Below the pieces are notes generated by a model. That model was given only the letters and a program-made list of their open reading frames with translations, was not told the DNA's origin and ran no database searches. Source: Dictyostelium discoideum (lineage: Eukaryota). From it: a DNA stretch of 64,000 bases. The translations under genes and the position numbers were made by a program. Shown here in pieces: positions 20,063 to 35,115 of this stretch. How positions within the stretch are numbered: position 1 is the first letter of the stretch; every line of letters starts with the position of its first letter. Where the stretch lies: the NCBI GenBank assembly GCA_000004695.1, contig CM000151.3, positions 5,824,001 to 5,888,000 of the forward strand, in the 5' to 3' direction.

Positions 20063-20937
20063 GTTGTTAATTGGGATTCATCATCATTATCATTATTATT
20101 TGTTTTATTCTTACTGCTACCGCTACTACTACTATTACTATTATTATTATTATTATTATTATAATCATATTCTTCATTATAATATTTGTTTGGTTTATAA
20201 GAAGGTGAAGATTTATAAGTATTATTATTATTATTATCAGATGAATGATGATTTTTTTGTTTTTTATGATATGGATTATGTTGAATTAAATCTCTATCAG
20301 GTTTATAACCATAAGTTCTTTTTAAATAATCCAAACCATCATTTAAGAGATCATCAACATTTTCATGAACATGATCATCCAAATGATCAGGATCTTTTTC
20401 TTTATCATCATCGGAAGCTTCAGATGAAGAGAAACTATTATCAATGAAACCATCATTGTAATCATAAACATTTGGTATATGACTATCATCATCACTATCA
20501 TCTGAACCTGGTGCACCTTTCTTTTTTCTTTTTTTACTTGTTGAATCTGTACTAATGGTTTTCTTTGCTTTTTTAGCTGATGCTATCTTTTCTGCTATAT
20601 CATCTTGTTGACCATCACTATCACTATGGTCATCTTGGAATGTATAGTTTTTAATTGGTAATCTTGATTTCAATTTATAACAATCTTCAATCCATTTTGG
20701 TTTAATTATTGAACCACCTGATTTTTGTGCAATTTTAAATTTATCTGTACCCCTAAATGGTGTCACTAGATGAGTTGCCTCTCTACACCAATCTGGTTTA
20801 TATCCAGCTCCCATCTCTAATGCTTTTTCACGAATTTCACCTCTTTGTGGATTTTGAATACCACCAATTACTAATACTACTCCTTTCTATATAAAGAAAT
20901 TTAAAAAAAAAAAAAAAAATTTAAAATTAATTATAAT

Positions 20938-20981
<44 letters not shown>

Positions 20982-21150
20982 TTTAATTATACATACTAAT
21001 AAATTACCGAATGGTGTTAATTTTTGTTGTTGTTTTGGTGTTGCAATAATTTGTAAATCATCACATTCTTCATCTGTTTCACCATCATTTGTATTTGTTA
21101 ATTTTTCTAATGATTTTCTATCAGTTGATTTAGTTTGATTTTCATTTTTA

Positions 21151-21188
<38 letters not shown>

Positions 21189-22253
21189 AATTTTAATATC
21201 TTGCATACTATCATCTTCATCACTTTGTTTTGGTTCAACTAATTTTGATTTTTGTTTTTGTTGTTGTGATGATTGTTGTGATGATTGTTGTGATGATTGT
21301 TTTTTTTGTTGTTGATCTAATTTTTTCTTAATTTCAATTTTCTCTTCTTCATCTTCTTCTTCAGTTTCAATTTCTTTTTCAGGTTCTTTATTTACACCTT
21401 TTGATTTTGATTTTTGATTAATAACTAAAACTTGACCAGGTAATGGATTTGATAACATTACAGTTGCAGATTTTGATAATTTCTTTGGTGTTGAAGAATT
21501 TGATCTCTTTAACTCTGGAATAAAGTTTAAAATTTGAGTTTTATCTGATTTCAATGGAATGTTTGGTTCAGATTCAAAACTTGTATCCATTAAATTTGAA
21601 GCTGATGTATCTGTTAAATCAATTTCATTGGAGATATCACCCAATTTCTCTGATTTTATTTGAGGTGTGACATTATTATTATTTGATGACGATGATGATA
21701 ATTTGGTTGTTGTTATTGTTGGTGTTGGTGTTGGTGTTGGTGTTGTTTTTGAAGGTGGTGCATAAATTTTAACTAATGAAATACCAAGATTATCATCTAA
21801 CCATGGTTGTGAACAAACAATTCTAACTCTTTCCCATTTTCTTGGTACTGTTTGTGATGAAAAATTACTAGTATTAAATGATTTCATACGATTTCTATTG
21901 GTTTTATTTGTAGTTTCACTTAGTGACATGAAATTGGTTAATGGTACCAATACTAAGAATTCTGTTGGCTCCCATGTAACTAATCCAACCAATACCTCTA
22001 TGAATGCTGATCCTGCATTTGTAATATCAATTTGATGAATTAAACTTGGTGTTGGAAATTGTAAATCTATAAATGCTTTACCTGTTTTATCTTTAGTTTG
22101 CCATATTCTATATGTATCATCCAATAAAACATTTGATGATTTATTATATTCACTCTCTGATGAACAACATGATACACTTAAATCAATTAATCTTGGTGGT
22201 TTTATTGGTGTTTGTGTCTGTACTTGTGTTTGTGTTATTATTTTTGTTGTCAT
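19218..22253 (-). CDS. xrcc1: XRCC1 homolog, a DNA single-strand-break repair scaffold of about 947 aa. On the minus strand the exons are 22253..20997, 20886..19602 and 19519..19218.
   Basis: The N-terminal domain matches human XRCC1 NTD: VSCCSSESEY..DTYRIWQTKDKTGKAFIDLQF..IDITNAGSAFIEVLVG..WERVRIVCSQPW..ISLVKIYAPP. BRCT1 (KGVVLVIGGIQNPQRGEIREKALEMGAGYKPDWCREATHLV..GGSIIKPKWIEDC) aligns with human QGVVVVLSGFQNPFRSELRDKALELGAKYRPDW..THLIC..GGRIVRKEWVLDC. BRCT2 lies in the third exon: LPSFFEGFEFYLS..LRKNIVRLITAYKGSI..KFIITDKTVWD..LFLSPSFIMQS aligns with LPDFFQGKHFFLYG..LIRYVTAFNGEL..FVITAQEW..LAFVRPRWIYSC. Intron 1 runs from the donor LL|GTATGT (20996) to the acceptor TATATAG (20887). Intron 2 runs from the donor GAAT|GTAAGT (19601) to the acceptor CAATTTAG (19520), phase 1. 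The total CDS length is divisible by 3. Confidence 0.8.
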
Positions 22254-22436
22254 TTTATTAAAAATAATAATAATAAAAAAATAAATAAAAAAGATTATGA
22301 CAAAGATTTTATTGTTAAAAAAAAAAAAAAAAAAAAAAAATATTGTTGAAAAATAAAAAATTAAAAAAAAAAAAAAAAAAAAATTGATTTTTTTATTTTC
22401 TCAGAAAATAGTCTTTTCAGAATAAGATCATGGCTT

Positions 22437-22470
<34 letters not shown>

Positions 22471-22615
22471 AAATCTATATAGAATGAAATAAAAATCAAA
22501 AATAAATAAATAAAATAAAACAAATTAAAAAATAAAAAAACAAAACCAATCAATTCCCAAAATAGTTTTTTTTTAAAAATAGTTTTTTATATTTATAATT
22601 TATAATATAAAATAT

Positions 22616-23527
<912 letters not shown>

Positions 23528-23866
23528 ATTTAAAAAAAAAAAAAAAAAAAAAAATTAAAAAAAAAATAAAAAATAAAAAATAAAAAATAAAAAAAAAAGT
23601 GAAAATATTAATAAATTAATTAATTTAAAAAATAAAATAAAAAAAAAAAAATAAAAAATCGAATCTCTTAATGTTTTTTAAAAAAAAAAAAAAAAAGCAG
23701 ATATTATTTTGTTTTATATATAAACTTTTAAAATGTGTTTAGAAAAAAAAAAAAAAAAAAAATAACACCCCACACACAAAAAAATTTGTTTATTTTTTTA
23801 ATTATTTTATTTTTATTTTCATTTTCATTTTAATTTTAATTTTTTATTTTATTTATTGATATTTAA

Positions 23867-26431
23867 TTAATCAAATTTAATATTAAAAATACGAACTGAA
23901 TGATCGACACTACAAGTAACGATTTGATAAGTTAATGAATTACCATTAATGGTTGGAGTATCTCTCCAACGAATTCTTCTAACATCTAAAGTGTGGGAGA
24001 TTAATGGTGAAATTGTATGAACACAAGTCCAATCCAAAGATTTTGGATTTGAAGTTGAGGTGGTGGATTTCCAAATTGTGATTTTACCATCATCCTCACC
24101 AACTGCCAATAAATGGTCACCATGTTCACCAGTGAATTTTGAAGATTTTGGAGCAAATTCAACACAAGTCACACCTGAACCAAATGCTGGTAATGTTGAA
24201 GCGCAGGCATTCTTTATGTCTTTAATATTGTCAAGATTCCAGACTTTTACCAACTTATCACGAGCACCAGTTGCAAAGAATTTATCATCATGACTCCAAC
24301 TTCCTGACCAAATGATACGACCATGTGACTTTGGTGCACTTATAACTTTGACAAATGGCTCCTCACTGTTTGAAGCAGAACGTTCCCAGAGTGTCCACAT
24401 ACGATCTCTACTTACACCCAATAGATATTTACTATTATGAGAGAATGATAAATTTACAACGGTAAGGGTATGACCTTTCAAGTTGGCACACTCTTTCCAA
24501 TTCGATACATTCCAAATACGAACTGTTGCTTGATCAGCTGATGATGCTCTACATGTTGATGCTAAATACATACCATCGGCACTACATGCAACTGCAACAA
24601 TTTCATTACCATGACCATAGAATTTATGAATTTCAGGCCAAAGACTTGATTGTAATAAATGTTCTTCAAATGGTGGTTCACTTAATACCTCTGGATTAAA
24701 TGGTATTTCATCTTCAAAATAACCAGTATCCATACCCTCACCACCACCACCCTCATCACCACCACCCATCTTCATTTTAATTGAATCTTCTGTATTTTCT
24801 TCACCATTACCATTATTATTATTATTATTATTATTATTATCTATATTTTCATTATAATCAGAACCACCTGTAAAATATGGTTTATTTGATAAACCTAATG
24901 ATGGTTGATTTGCAGCTAGTGGTCTTTGAGTACCATCATTCACAGGTTGAACTTTTGAAATATTTAATAGAGTATCAACAAAATTTTGAGAACCAACAAA
25001 TGCTCTCATAATTTTCTCTTCTGCACCTGAAACTATAACATGAGTTTTCTTATTAATAAAAGTGAAGCATTCTAAATCATAACCATGAATTTGTGGTCTA
25101 GCAATTTCATTCCATGAAATTATTTGTTGTTCTTTATTATTTTCTAAATTATTATTATTATTATTACGTTTCCACTCACTAAATAAACGTAAAGTTCTAT
25201 CTGTACTACATGAAATGAAATAACTATAATCTGGTGACCACATTAAATCTTGAACTGGACCAAAATGACCACTAACTACAATTTGTGGCTCCCAAAATGA
25301 TGATTTTTGATTTGTATTTTGTTTCCAAAAATGAAAAGCACCATTGTAACCATGTGAAAGGATATATTGAGAACATGGTGAGAAAACAGCACCATATTGA
25401 CCTAGAATATTACCACCCATATCACCAACTCTAGATTCGTCAATCCAAATACCAGTTGTACGATCTGGTCTCCATACGATTGCAGTTTTATCCATTGATG
25501 CTGAAATTAACATTTGTTCTTGAATTTTCTTACCAGTTTCTTGATCCCTTCTAGCTGGTGACCAATGAATTGAGTAAACCCAATCATCATGACCTGATAA
25601 AACTGCATCCAATAATATTATATACTTTACTGAATTACAATTGAATAAATAACCTTTAGTACTTAATGAAGTTACACCACTTAATTGTGTAGATAATGAT
25701 CCTAATAAATTGGCACCACCATTACCACTTTCATCCAATTGTTGTTGTTTTTGTTTCTCTGCTGTAAATTTAGAAATTTTCCATAATCTAATTTTAAAAT
25801 CTTGTGATGATGATGCTAATATTAATTCTTCTTCCTCTCCCTCTCCCTCTCCCTCATTAATTGTTTTAAATGATAATGATCTAATCCAATCTTGATGACC
25901 TTGTAATGACATTAATTTTTTAAATTGTAATGTTGCTGTGGTTGAATCTAAATTTTGAATATAAATATGAATTTTTGGTTCTAAACCACCAACTGCTAAT
26001 AATGGTATGGTTGTACCTGGAATGAAAGCAAGACTTGAACATTCCATACATTTTGGTGTGAAATCAATGGTTTGAATACATTCCCATTTTGGTAATGTAT
26101 CTGTATCTATGTTTTCTTTTGTTAATGATTCTCTTCTCCAAAGTTTAACTGTATTATCTGCTGATGTTGAACACATTAATAATGATCCATCTGGAAAATC
26201 TAAAACTGAAATATTGGTAACACTATCACTATGTCCTTTTAAAACTTCAACTACTTTATATTGATAATTTAATCCACCTTTAATTTGTTTCCATGATATA
26301 ATTGTATTATCTGATGAACATGATAATAATTCATTTTCATAACTAGAATATCTATTTTTATATTCTATTAATTAAAAAAAAAAAAAAATTAAAAAAAAAA
26401 TTAATAATTGAGAAGTGTGTGTGAATGTGTG

Positions 26432-26464
<33 letters not shown>

Positions 26465-26695
26465 GGGGGGGAGTTAATAATAATTACCTTCATTAATATT
26501 TGGTACCCAACAAATATGGTTTACTCTATCTTTGTGACCTGGTAATGTTGCTAAAACTTTTGATTGAATTGGATCGAATAATGCAATGAAATTTTGTGCA
26601 CCATATGCTGCAAGTTTATTTTGACCCCATACTAAACAATCACCTAAACAATTACATCCAACACTTATAAAATCAACGTCAGATGAAACATTCAT
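23867..26695 (-). CDS. elp2: Elongator complex subunit 2 (Elp2), a WD40 beta-propeller protein of about 900 aa. The exons are 26695..26488 and 26364..23867.
   Basis: The N-terminus FISVGCNCLGDCLVWGQNKLAAYGAQNFIALFDPIQSKVLATLPGHKDRVNHICWV parallels human ELP2 (VFCC..GVLNWSSG..LLAFGTSCSVVLYDP..VVTNLNGHTARVNCIQWI). The ELP2-typical GHQDWIRSL motif is present along with multiple WD repeats (VKLWR, IRLWK, VRIWN, VKVWN, VRIFN). The donor is GAAG|GTAATT at 26487 in phase 1, and the acceptor TTAATAG at 26365 restores the Glu codon. Confidence 0.7.
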
Positions 26696-26778
26696 TTTTA
26701 TCTAATTTTAATTGAAAAAAAAAAATAAAAAAAATAAAAATAAGAAAATAAAAAAATAATCCAATTTTCGTTTTTTTG

Positions 26779-26818
<40 letters not shown>

Positions 26819-27553
26819 ATAAAAATAAAAAAAAATAAAAATAAAAATAAAAATTAAAAAAAAACAATTAATTAATTTTTTATTAATTTTACAAGAAAGG
26901 AAAGATTCAATAATTGATCATCAAACCATTAATTCAAATTTTATAAATTTAATATATTTTTTTTTTTTTTTTTTTTGGATAAATTTTTGGGATTGAAAGA
27001 AAACTTGTATTTTTTTAAACCAATAATATTTTTTTTTCATCTCAGAGATAAATAAAACAAGAATTAATTTTATTATTTATTATTATTCATTATTATTTAA
27101 TTTTTTTTTTTTTTTTATTTTTTTTTTTTATAAATCTTTGGGGTGGAAGAAAATATTTTTTTCAAAAAAATTAAAAAAATTGTGATTTTCTATAAAAAAA
27201 ATTAATATAAAAAAACAATTGTTTTTTTATATTAAAGGATGACACTATAAATGTTGCATTTTTTATTTTTAGATATTTTTTTTATTATTTGCATTTACCT
27301 CAAAAAACATTCCTCTTTTAAAATAATAAAATAATAATAAACAAAATTGTAAAATTAACCAATTATATTATTATGAAAACTTATCTTTGCCGATTTATTT
27401 TTTTTTTTTTTTTTTTAATGTTTAAAATTTGTAGTTTGGGAAATGGCAAATCTACAAAAAAAATATGTAAAAATGAAAATGGAAAAAAAAGGTTGAAAAA
27501 ATCCTTAAAATAAAATATTTAATATACTGAAAAATTTGATTGGTTTATTTATC

Positions 27554-27596
<43 letters not shown>

Positions 27597-27748
27597 CTAT
27601 CTTGACACTAATATATATCAAAGAAGGTATTTATCTATATTGGTTTAATTAAGCAACTAAAAATAAAAGGAGTATAAAATATAAAATGTAAATTAGTTTT
27701 TGTTATATATGGGGTTGTTTTTGTGTTAAAAAAAAAAAAAAAAAATAT

Positions 27749-28370
27749 TTACCCAATTAATCCTTGACCACTCCATTTACGAGGAATTAATGAAGTTGAA
27801 ATAATTGAAGTACCTCTTGATAATTTTATTTGGATTGCTTTGTTTTCACTATTACGTACTATGGTAGCAATTGATTGAAGATGGTTTGAATTTAAATTAT
27901 CACCAACTTGTCTCTCTTCAAAAAATGGGCCAACTGTACCGAATTGGAAAATTAAATCACCCTTTTTCAAATTTGCTTTATCAGATGGTGATCCTTCTGA
28001 AACTAAATCAATATATACAAATGGAATACCAACTTTTTCAACTTCAACTTCAATTGGTTTTGGTTTTGTTTCTGTTTCCACTGTTAATGGTTTATCAATT
28101 TTCATTTCATCCTCATTATTATTATTATTATTATTACTTGTTGATGTTGTATTATTTATTGAAAAAGTTGAAGAAGATTGATTTTTATTTGTTGGTGATT
28201 TATGTAACTTTTCTAAATGAAATTCAATATCTTTCATTACTTGTTTATAATCATTTTGGATATGTGCAATTCTACTTCTTGCTTTTTTAACTTCAATAAT
28301 TAATTCTAAATGTGGAGACTAAAAAAATAAAAATAAATAAAGTAATAAATAAAGTAATTAATTAATTAAT

Positions 28371-28416
<46 letters not shown>

Positions 28417-28583
28417 TTGATTATAATTATTATAAATATTATTATAATAAATTTATTTAATCATCATAATTATTATAATTAATTTTAATTCCAAAAATAA
28501 ATATCAAAAAACGGATTTAGATATTTGGATATAGTTTAGTTCAAAAACTATTGATTGAAAATCATTCACCCACAAAACTTCAG

Positions 28584-28621
<38 letters not shown>

Positions 28622-29013
28622 TTTGAGAAAAAAAAAAAAAAATCTAATAAAAAAGAGAAAACTGATTTGAATTTGATGTAAATAATAATCAATCTTTTTT
28701 TTTTTTTTTTTTCCTCTTCTTTAATATATTTAAAACGTACAAAATATATTATGTTGTTTTTAATTGTGAATTGAAAACATAAAAAAAAATTTAATTAAAA
28801 AATTTTACTTACAGGATAACCTTCAGAATCAGTGAATGATCCTTTTAATCCAAAAGTTTTACCATCGCCACTCTTTAGGAAGTTCATTAAAGACTCAAGC
28901 TCCTTTTCGAGATCACCTCTTGTAACCATAAGAGTTTTAATTATAGATGCTTCATCTTCAATGACTGTTATAGAATGATCACTATTATTATTTTTATTAT
29001 TTATGTCTGTCAT
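27749..29013 (-). CDS. psmD9: 26S proteasome non-ATPase regulatory subunit 9 (PSMD9/Nas2), a PDZ-domain assembly chaperone. The exons are 29013..28813 and 28318..27749.
   Basis: Exon 1 ([43 protein letters not shown]) ends at the donor CCT|GTAAGT. Exon 2 ([68 protein letters not shown]) aligns with human PSMD9 ([72 protein letters not shown]). The intron is long, about 494 nt. Confidence 0.8.
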
Positions 29014-29586
29014 TTTTTTTTTTTTTTTTTTTTTTTGATTGAAAAATGATTTTTTTTTTATTTTTTTAATTTTATTAAATTTTGTTCTCCCAATCATCGA
29101 AAATTTTAAAAAAAAAGTTTTTTTTTTTTTTTTTTTAGAACCCTTTTTGATTTCATTTAGATATGAAAAATGTGAAAATATTAAAAGAAAAAAAAAAAAA
29201 TTAAAATTTAAAATAAAATAAAATGAAAATAGTTGAACACGTGACACAAAATCTTTTGAAAATAGATTTCAATAATTGTGATTTATTTGTGATTTATAAA
29301 ATTTGTTATTTAATAAATTTATTTTTATTTTTTTTAAAAAAAAAAAATTTTGTTTCTTTTTTTTTCCCCAATCAATTCCAATCACAAACTAACAGATAGT
29401 ATATCTCTCTTTTAATCATTTAAATCTGTGTTCGTTGGAAAAAAAAGGTTGATATTTATTTTTTATTACAATTATTGATTTCGCAAAAGTTTTTTCTATT
29501 TTTTTTTTTTTTTTTTTATTTTTATTATTTTTTATTCACTTTTTTTTATTATCATTATTTTTATTATTGGCTTCTTCTTTCTATTT

Positions 29587-29632
<46 letters not shown>

Positions 29633-30198
29633 AACAAAAAGACTAACAATATCAAAAGACATCAAGAACCCACACAATCACACACCTTCAATTAATTAAA
29701 TTTTAAAAATAACAAAAAAAATTATAAAAAAAAAAAACCCCAATATAATTCCAACACACACACAATTGTCACACCATATTATATATCTAAAACCTATTTT
29801 TAATTAACCTCAAACCAATTTACTATAATTTTTTTTAAATTATTATTTTTTTTATTTTTTTATTTTGTTCTGGTGTTAATTATAGATTGTTTAAAGTTTT
29901 CTGCATATAAAGGCCAGTTGTTATTGTTAGTATATTTTTTTTTTTTTTTTTTATTTTATTTTTTTTTTTTTTTTTTTTTATTCCTTTTTTTTATTCCTAT
30001 TTTTTTATTTTTTTTTTATTTTATTTTATCTTCCTCCTTCACCAAATAACTAATCTAAATTTTTTTAATATATATATATATAAATATATATATTATTTAA
30101 TTAATTACCTGTAAATATAGTTTTTATAAAAATAATTTTCAACCGAATCAAAAAGAAATAAAAAAAAAACAAAAAATAATAATAATATAAATAAAAAT

Positions 30199-31022
30199 AT
30201 GTCCAATCCAAATTTAATATTGATTGATGATGACAAAGATTCAATTGAGGGATCATTAAAGGTCCCAAAATTAAATCTCAAAGCTTTAAATACAACATCT
30301 CCAAATAGAGGTAAAAATGTTCCATTAATAAAAACCAATGGAAATGTTTACCTATTGGAATCAACATTAATAAATAGTAAAAAAAGGGAATCACCAAAAG
30401 ATACAACCAATCCTGATTTAAAATCTTTTAAAAAATTTAGAGATAATAATCCTGTAAGTTATTATTATTATTATTATAATAGTTATTATTTTTAAAATAT
30501 TTATTACTTTATTTAAATTTTATTACTAATAATATATTTATTTCCATTTTTTTTTTTTTTTTTTTTTTTTTTATTCTTTTTTTTTTTATTCTAATTCTTT
30601 TTATTTTATTTTTTTAAAAACAGGAGGCTTTAAATACACCAACAACACCTGATGTCACATATAAAATGAATATGCTTTTACAAGCAAGCAGTTCACCATC
30701 GAGCTCCCCAAGTAACAGTCCTGGAAGAAACGTTGAATCAAAATCAAATTTAAATAATCTTTTACTTAACAATGATTCTGATAAAAATGATGAATCATTT
30801 GATTTGCCAAATAACTTTGTAACAAAGTTTAATTCAATTTCATCCTCACCATCCCCACCACTTCAACAAAATAATAACTGTAATAATAATAATAGTAGTA
30901 ATAATAATAATATTAATAATAATGTTAATAATAATAATAACAACAATAATAATAACAATAATATTAATAATAATGTTAATAATAATAATAATAATAATAA
31001 TAACAATAACAATAACAACAAC

Positions 31023-31056
<34 letters not shown>

Positions 31057-31058
31057 TA

Positions 31059-31090
<32 letters not shown>

Positions 31091-31145
31091 TAACAACAAT
31101 AACAACAATAATAGTAATAATATTAATATTAATAATAATAATCAC

Positions 31146-31182
<37 letters not shown>

Positions 31183-31297
31183 GTAGTAATAATAATAATA
31201 ACAATAATAGTAATGGTATTAATATTAATAATAACAACAATAATAATGGAAATAATAATTATAATGCTATCGGTAACAATAACAACATTCAACCACC

Positions 31298-31331
<34 letters not shown>

Positions 31332-32444
31332 ATTCAACAACAAATTCAACAACAACAACAACCAATAATGGTGAATGAACAAAAATGGACTGAATTACTT
31401 GAAGAATTCAGTACAATGAAACAAGAAAAAAATCAAATGGAAAGAGAGTATAAAAATCAAATTGATCAATTAAAGCAACAATTAAAACAACAACAACAGC
31501 AACAACAACAACAACCACCTCCATCAGCCAAGAGACCAATGTCAAGTAGAGGCATTTCATCAATTGGTATTAATGATCCAATTATAATACAAGATTATTT
31601 AATAAATGAGGTTAAAGTATTAAAATCAAAATTACAAGATAGCCAAAATCAAGTTCAAGATACAAATGCTGCAATCAAAAGTGTTTCATCCAAATTGGAT
31701 GAACTAAAATCAAATTTATTAGATTATAAACTACAAACTGATAGTCATTTTAATTCAATTGAAGAAAGATTACATAATTATGCATTGAAATTTGGAGAGA
31801 TTGATAAATTTATGTATCCACATTACTATTATCCAAATACTCCTAAAACTCCTGTATCACCTCATATGAATAATGGTGGTCAGTTAACCCCAAAAGATCC
31901 AAATTCACCCTTATATTACAATGATCCAAGAGTTCAATTATTATCAAATAAACAGTCTCAAAATTCCAATAATACAACTCCAATAATAACTGGTAACGGA
32001 CCAAATGGAAACAACAATAATAATAATAACAACAACAATAGCAACAATAATAACAATGTCAGTAATAATCCAAATATAATTATAAGCGCAACTGATTCAA
32101 TTGATAAGAAAAATATTTCCCAAAAATTACACCAAAGAGTTCAACAACAAGAACAACAAAAACAATTAAATTTAATGCAACAACAACAACAGCAATCATC
32201 CCAACAACAACAACAACAACAACCATCCCAACAACAATCGTCACAACAAAAGCAGCAACAACAACTATCACAACCAAATTCACCAAAAGGTATGTTAATA
32301 GATGGAAAATATCAACAACAACCAAATTCTCCTCATAATTCAAATTCTCAAGTCCCTCATTATTCAGTTGATAATATGAATTCAAATTATCCTCAAGATA
32401 ATAGATATTATTATCAATATCATCCACTGCCATATTATCATTAA
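30199..32444 (+). CDS. N/Q-rich protein of unknown function with a central coiled-coil segment. The exons are 30199..30453 and 30624..32444.
   Basis: The donor is CCT|GTAAGT at 30454 and the acceptor is AAAACAG|GAG at 30623, in frame with ORF 30666..32444. The predicted coiled coil is WTELLEEFSTMKQEKNQMEREYKNQIDQLKQQLKQ. The poly-N and poly-Q tracts come from (AAT)n and (CAA)n. Confidence 0.5.
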
Positions 32445-32742
32445 CTAAATTATTATAAACAAAACGATTGAAAAAAAAAAAAAAAAAATAATAATAAAAT
32501 AATAAAAAATAAACGAAATTGTAACATATATATATATTATTATTATTATTATTTTTAAAAATTAACATATATATTATTATTATTTTTAAAAATTAACCCA
32601 AATAACTTATTTTTTTTTTTTTTTTTTTTTGTCTATTTTTAAATTATCGAACAACCAACAACCAAGATAGGAATTGTTTTGTTTTTTTTGTTTTTTTTTT
32701 TTTTTTTTTTTTTTGTAATATGTTTGTTATTTATTTATTTTT

Positions 32743-33784
32743 TTATTCTATTTTTTTTACATTTTTCTTTTTACCATGAATAACATTTGAAACTGGTTTT
32801 GGTTCTTCGTTTGCACGTTTTGCAGCTTCAATTGATTCTTTTGCAGCTTTATTAATTTTTTCTAATTGTTTCTCTCTTTCTTTTTCTTCTTCAACTTCTG
32901 GTTTAAGATATAAAACCATTGAATATGCATCTTCTTTATCACCATAATATTCTTTTTCAATTTCATCAATTCTAAAAAAAAAAAATAATAAAAATATAAT
33001 AATAAAATTGATAAATTATCATTAATATCACACACATGTCAATCATAATTAAAAATAATGCACTATAATAAATTCTTAAATATACTTACTTGAATTTTAA
33101 AACTTCATGATATAAAGAGAAAGCGGCTCTATTTGATTTTCTAACGTGAAGTGAAACACAATCAGCATCATAAACTTCTAATAATGCAACTTCTGCTTGT
33201 TTCATTAATTTAGTTGCAATACCTAATTTTCTTTGTGATCTTAAAACTGCTAATGATGTAATATGTCCTCTTTTTGGTTCATTTTCATCACTAAATATAT
33301 TTTATTATTTATATTATATTATATTATATTATATTATATTATATTATATTATATTATATTATATTATATTATATTATATTATATTATATTATATTATATT
33401 ATATTATATTATATTATATTATATTATATTATATTATATTATATTATATAATATTATATTATATTATATTATATTATATTATATTATATTATATTATATT
33501 AATTGTGTGTGGTGTGGTGTGGTGAATGTGGTTAGTCCCAATGCATTAATTACATTTTATTTTAATTATTTTATTTTATTTATTTTATTATTTAATTTTT
33601 ACATTTTAGCTAAAACGTAACCAACAACATTTCCTTTATCATCTTCAGCAACAAAAGAAGTTTGTGGCCATGTTAAAAAGTGATATAAATAATATTTCAT
33701 TTGATAATTTTCTGGTAAACATGTTAAATTTGCATTTTGCATTGACATTAAGTCACCAATTTGACATGGTCTGATTGATACCAT
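32743..33784 (-). CDS. N-alpha-acetyltransferase 10 (Naa10/ARD1), the catalytic subunit of NatA. The exons are 33784..33603, 33290..33090 and 32971..32743.
   Basis: [60 protein letters not shown] aligns with human NAA10 [60 protein letters not shown]. Exon 2 ([44 protein letters not shown]) and exon 3 ([23 protein letters not shown]) align with human [55 protein letters not shown]. The donors are AT|GTAAAA (33602) and AA|GTAAGT (33089). Intron 1 contains an (ATATT)n microsatellite. Confidence 0.8.
33300..33490. repeat. (ATATT)n pentanucleotide microsatellite of about 35 units with one imperfection, followed by a (GTGTG/GGTGT) tract. It lies inside Naa10 intron 1.
   Basis: A direct read of atattatattatatt... 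from 33300 to 33480, then gtgtgtggtgtggtgtggtg. Confidence 0.95.
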
Positions 33785-33847
33785 TTTTTTATATTATATT
33801 ATTATCCGTTTTATATAAAAAAAAAAAAAAAAGTGATGAATCTGATT

Positions 33848-33879
<32 letters not shown>

Positions 33880-34198
33880 AAAAAAAAAAAAATATCGACA
33901 AAAACATTTTTTTTTTTTATTTTTTTCATTTTATTTTATTTATTTACATTCATTTTTTTATTTATTATATCATTTTGTGTATTTCTGGGTGCTTTGTTTT
34001 TATATACGAAATCCATATTAAAAATAAATAAAAATGAATATATATAAAAATATATATTTTAAGTGTCATGTTTTTTTATCAATAAAAAAAAAAAAAAAAG
34101 TTTTTTTTTTTTTAGTTAAAGTCTTATTTATTTTATATAATACATGAATAGTAATAATGAAATTATTATTCTTTTTTTTTTTTTTATTAAAAATTTCC

Positions 34199-34788
34199 TT
34201 AATTATCTTCAATAGATAAATAACCAACTAAATATTTTAACATCATGGCTTCAAAATTTACCCAAGAATGTGTGAATTCTAAATTTGGAAATAAAATTAT
34301 GAAATAAAAAAAATAAAAAAATACTATTAGTATATATATGGAATATTTATTTATAAATATTAAATAATATTAATTAATATTAAATATTTACCAAACATTT
34401 GAGTACAATCATTACCAGCAGCTCTTAAAAGTTCAATTTTACCACCAGGATGAAATTGAAAATAATCAGTAATATTATAAACTCTACCTTTATAAACTGT
34501 CCAAGCATCATTTTCATTATTATGTTTTTTTAATTCTTGTATTGTAATTTTACCACCATTACCACTAGTATCGAAACATGGCTGTGCTGCACTCTGTTTT
34601 TTCATCCAATCCAATTGACTATGACCATGTGGTAATGGTACTTTTCTTTTTCTTTTTCCATTTTTTTTATCCTCAATCTCTTGTTCTGTTGGACTCACCA
34701 TTATTGATTTAATTGCTTCTTTCATTTCTGTTGATAATTGTTGAAATTGAACATTATTATTTAATTGTTCTTTATCTGTCATCATCAT
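34199..34788 (-). CDS. Cytochrome b5-like heme-binding domain protein of about 159 aa. The exons are 34788..34392 and 34278..34199.
   Basis: The Cyt-b5 signature is ITIQELKKHNNENDAWTVYKGRVYNITDYFQFHPGGKIELLRAAGNDCTQMFG followed, after an intron, by EFTHSW, which carries the second heme-ligand His. The donor is TTTG|GTAAAT at 34391 in phase 1, and the acceptor is CCAAATTTAG at 34279. Confidence 0.65.
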
Positions 34789-34856
34789 TATTGTGTTTTT
34801 ATTACTTGTGTTTTTATTTCTTAATTTAAAATTAATTAAAAATTTTGATTTGATTT

Positions 34857-34893
<37 letters not shown>

Positions 34894-35115
34894 TTTTTTT
34901 TTAAAACAAAACAATATTTCAAAAAAAAAAAAAAATAAAAAAAAAATAAATAAAAAAATAAAAAAAATTCAGAATCATACCGAATCGTCGAATATTAAAA
35001 TAATAAAACACATCCTTTTTTTTTTTTTTTGTTTTGTTTTTATTTTCAAATAACAATTTAAAATAATAATAATAAAAAAAAAAAAAAATAATAATAATAA
35101 TAATAATAATAAAAA

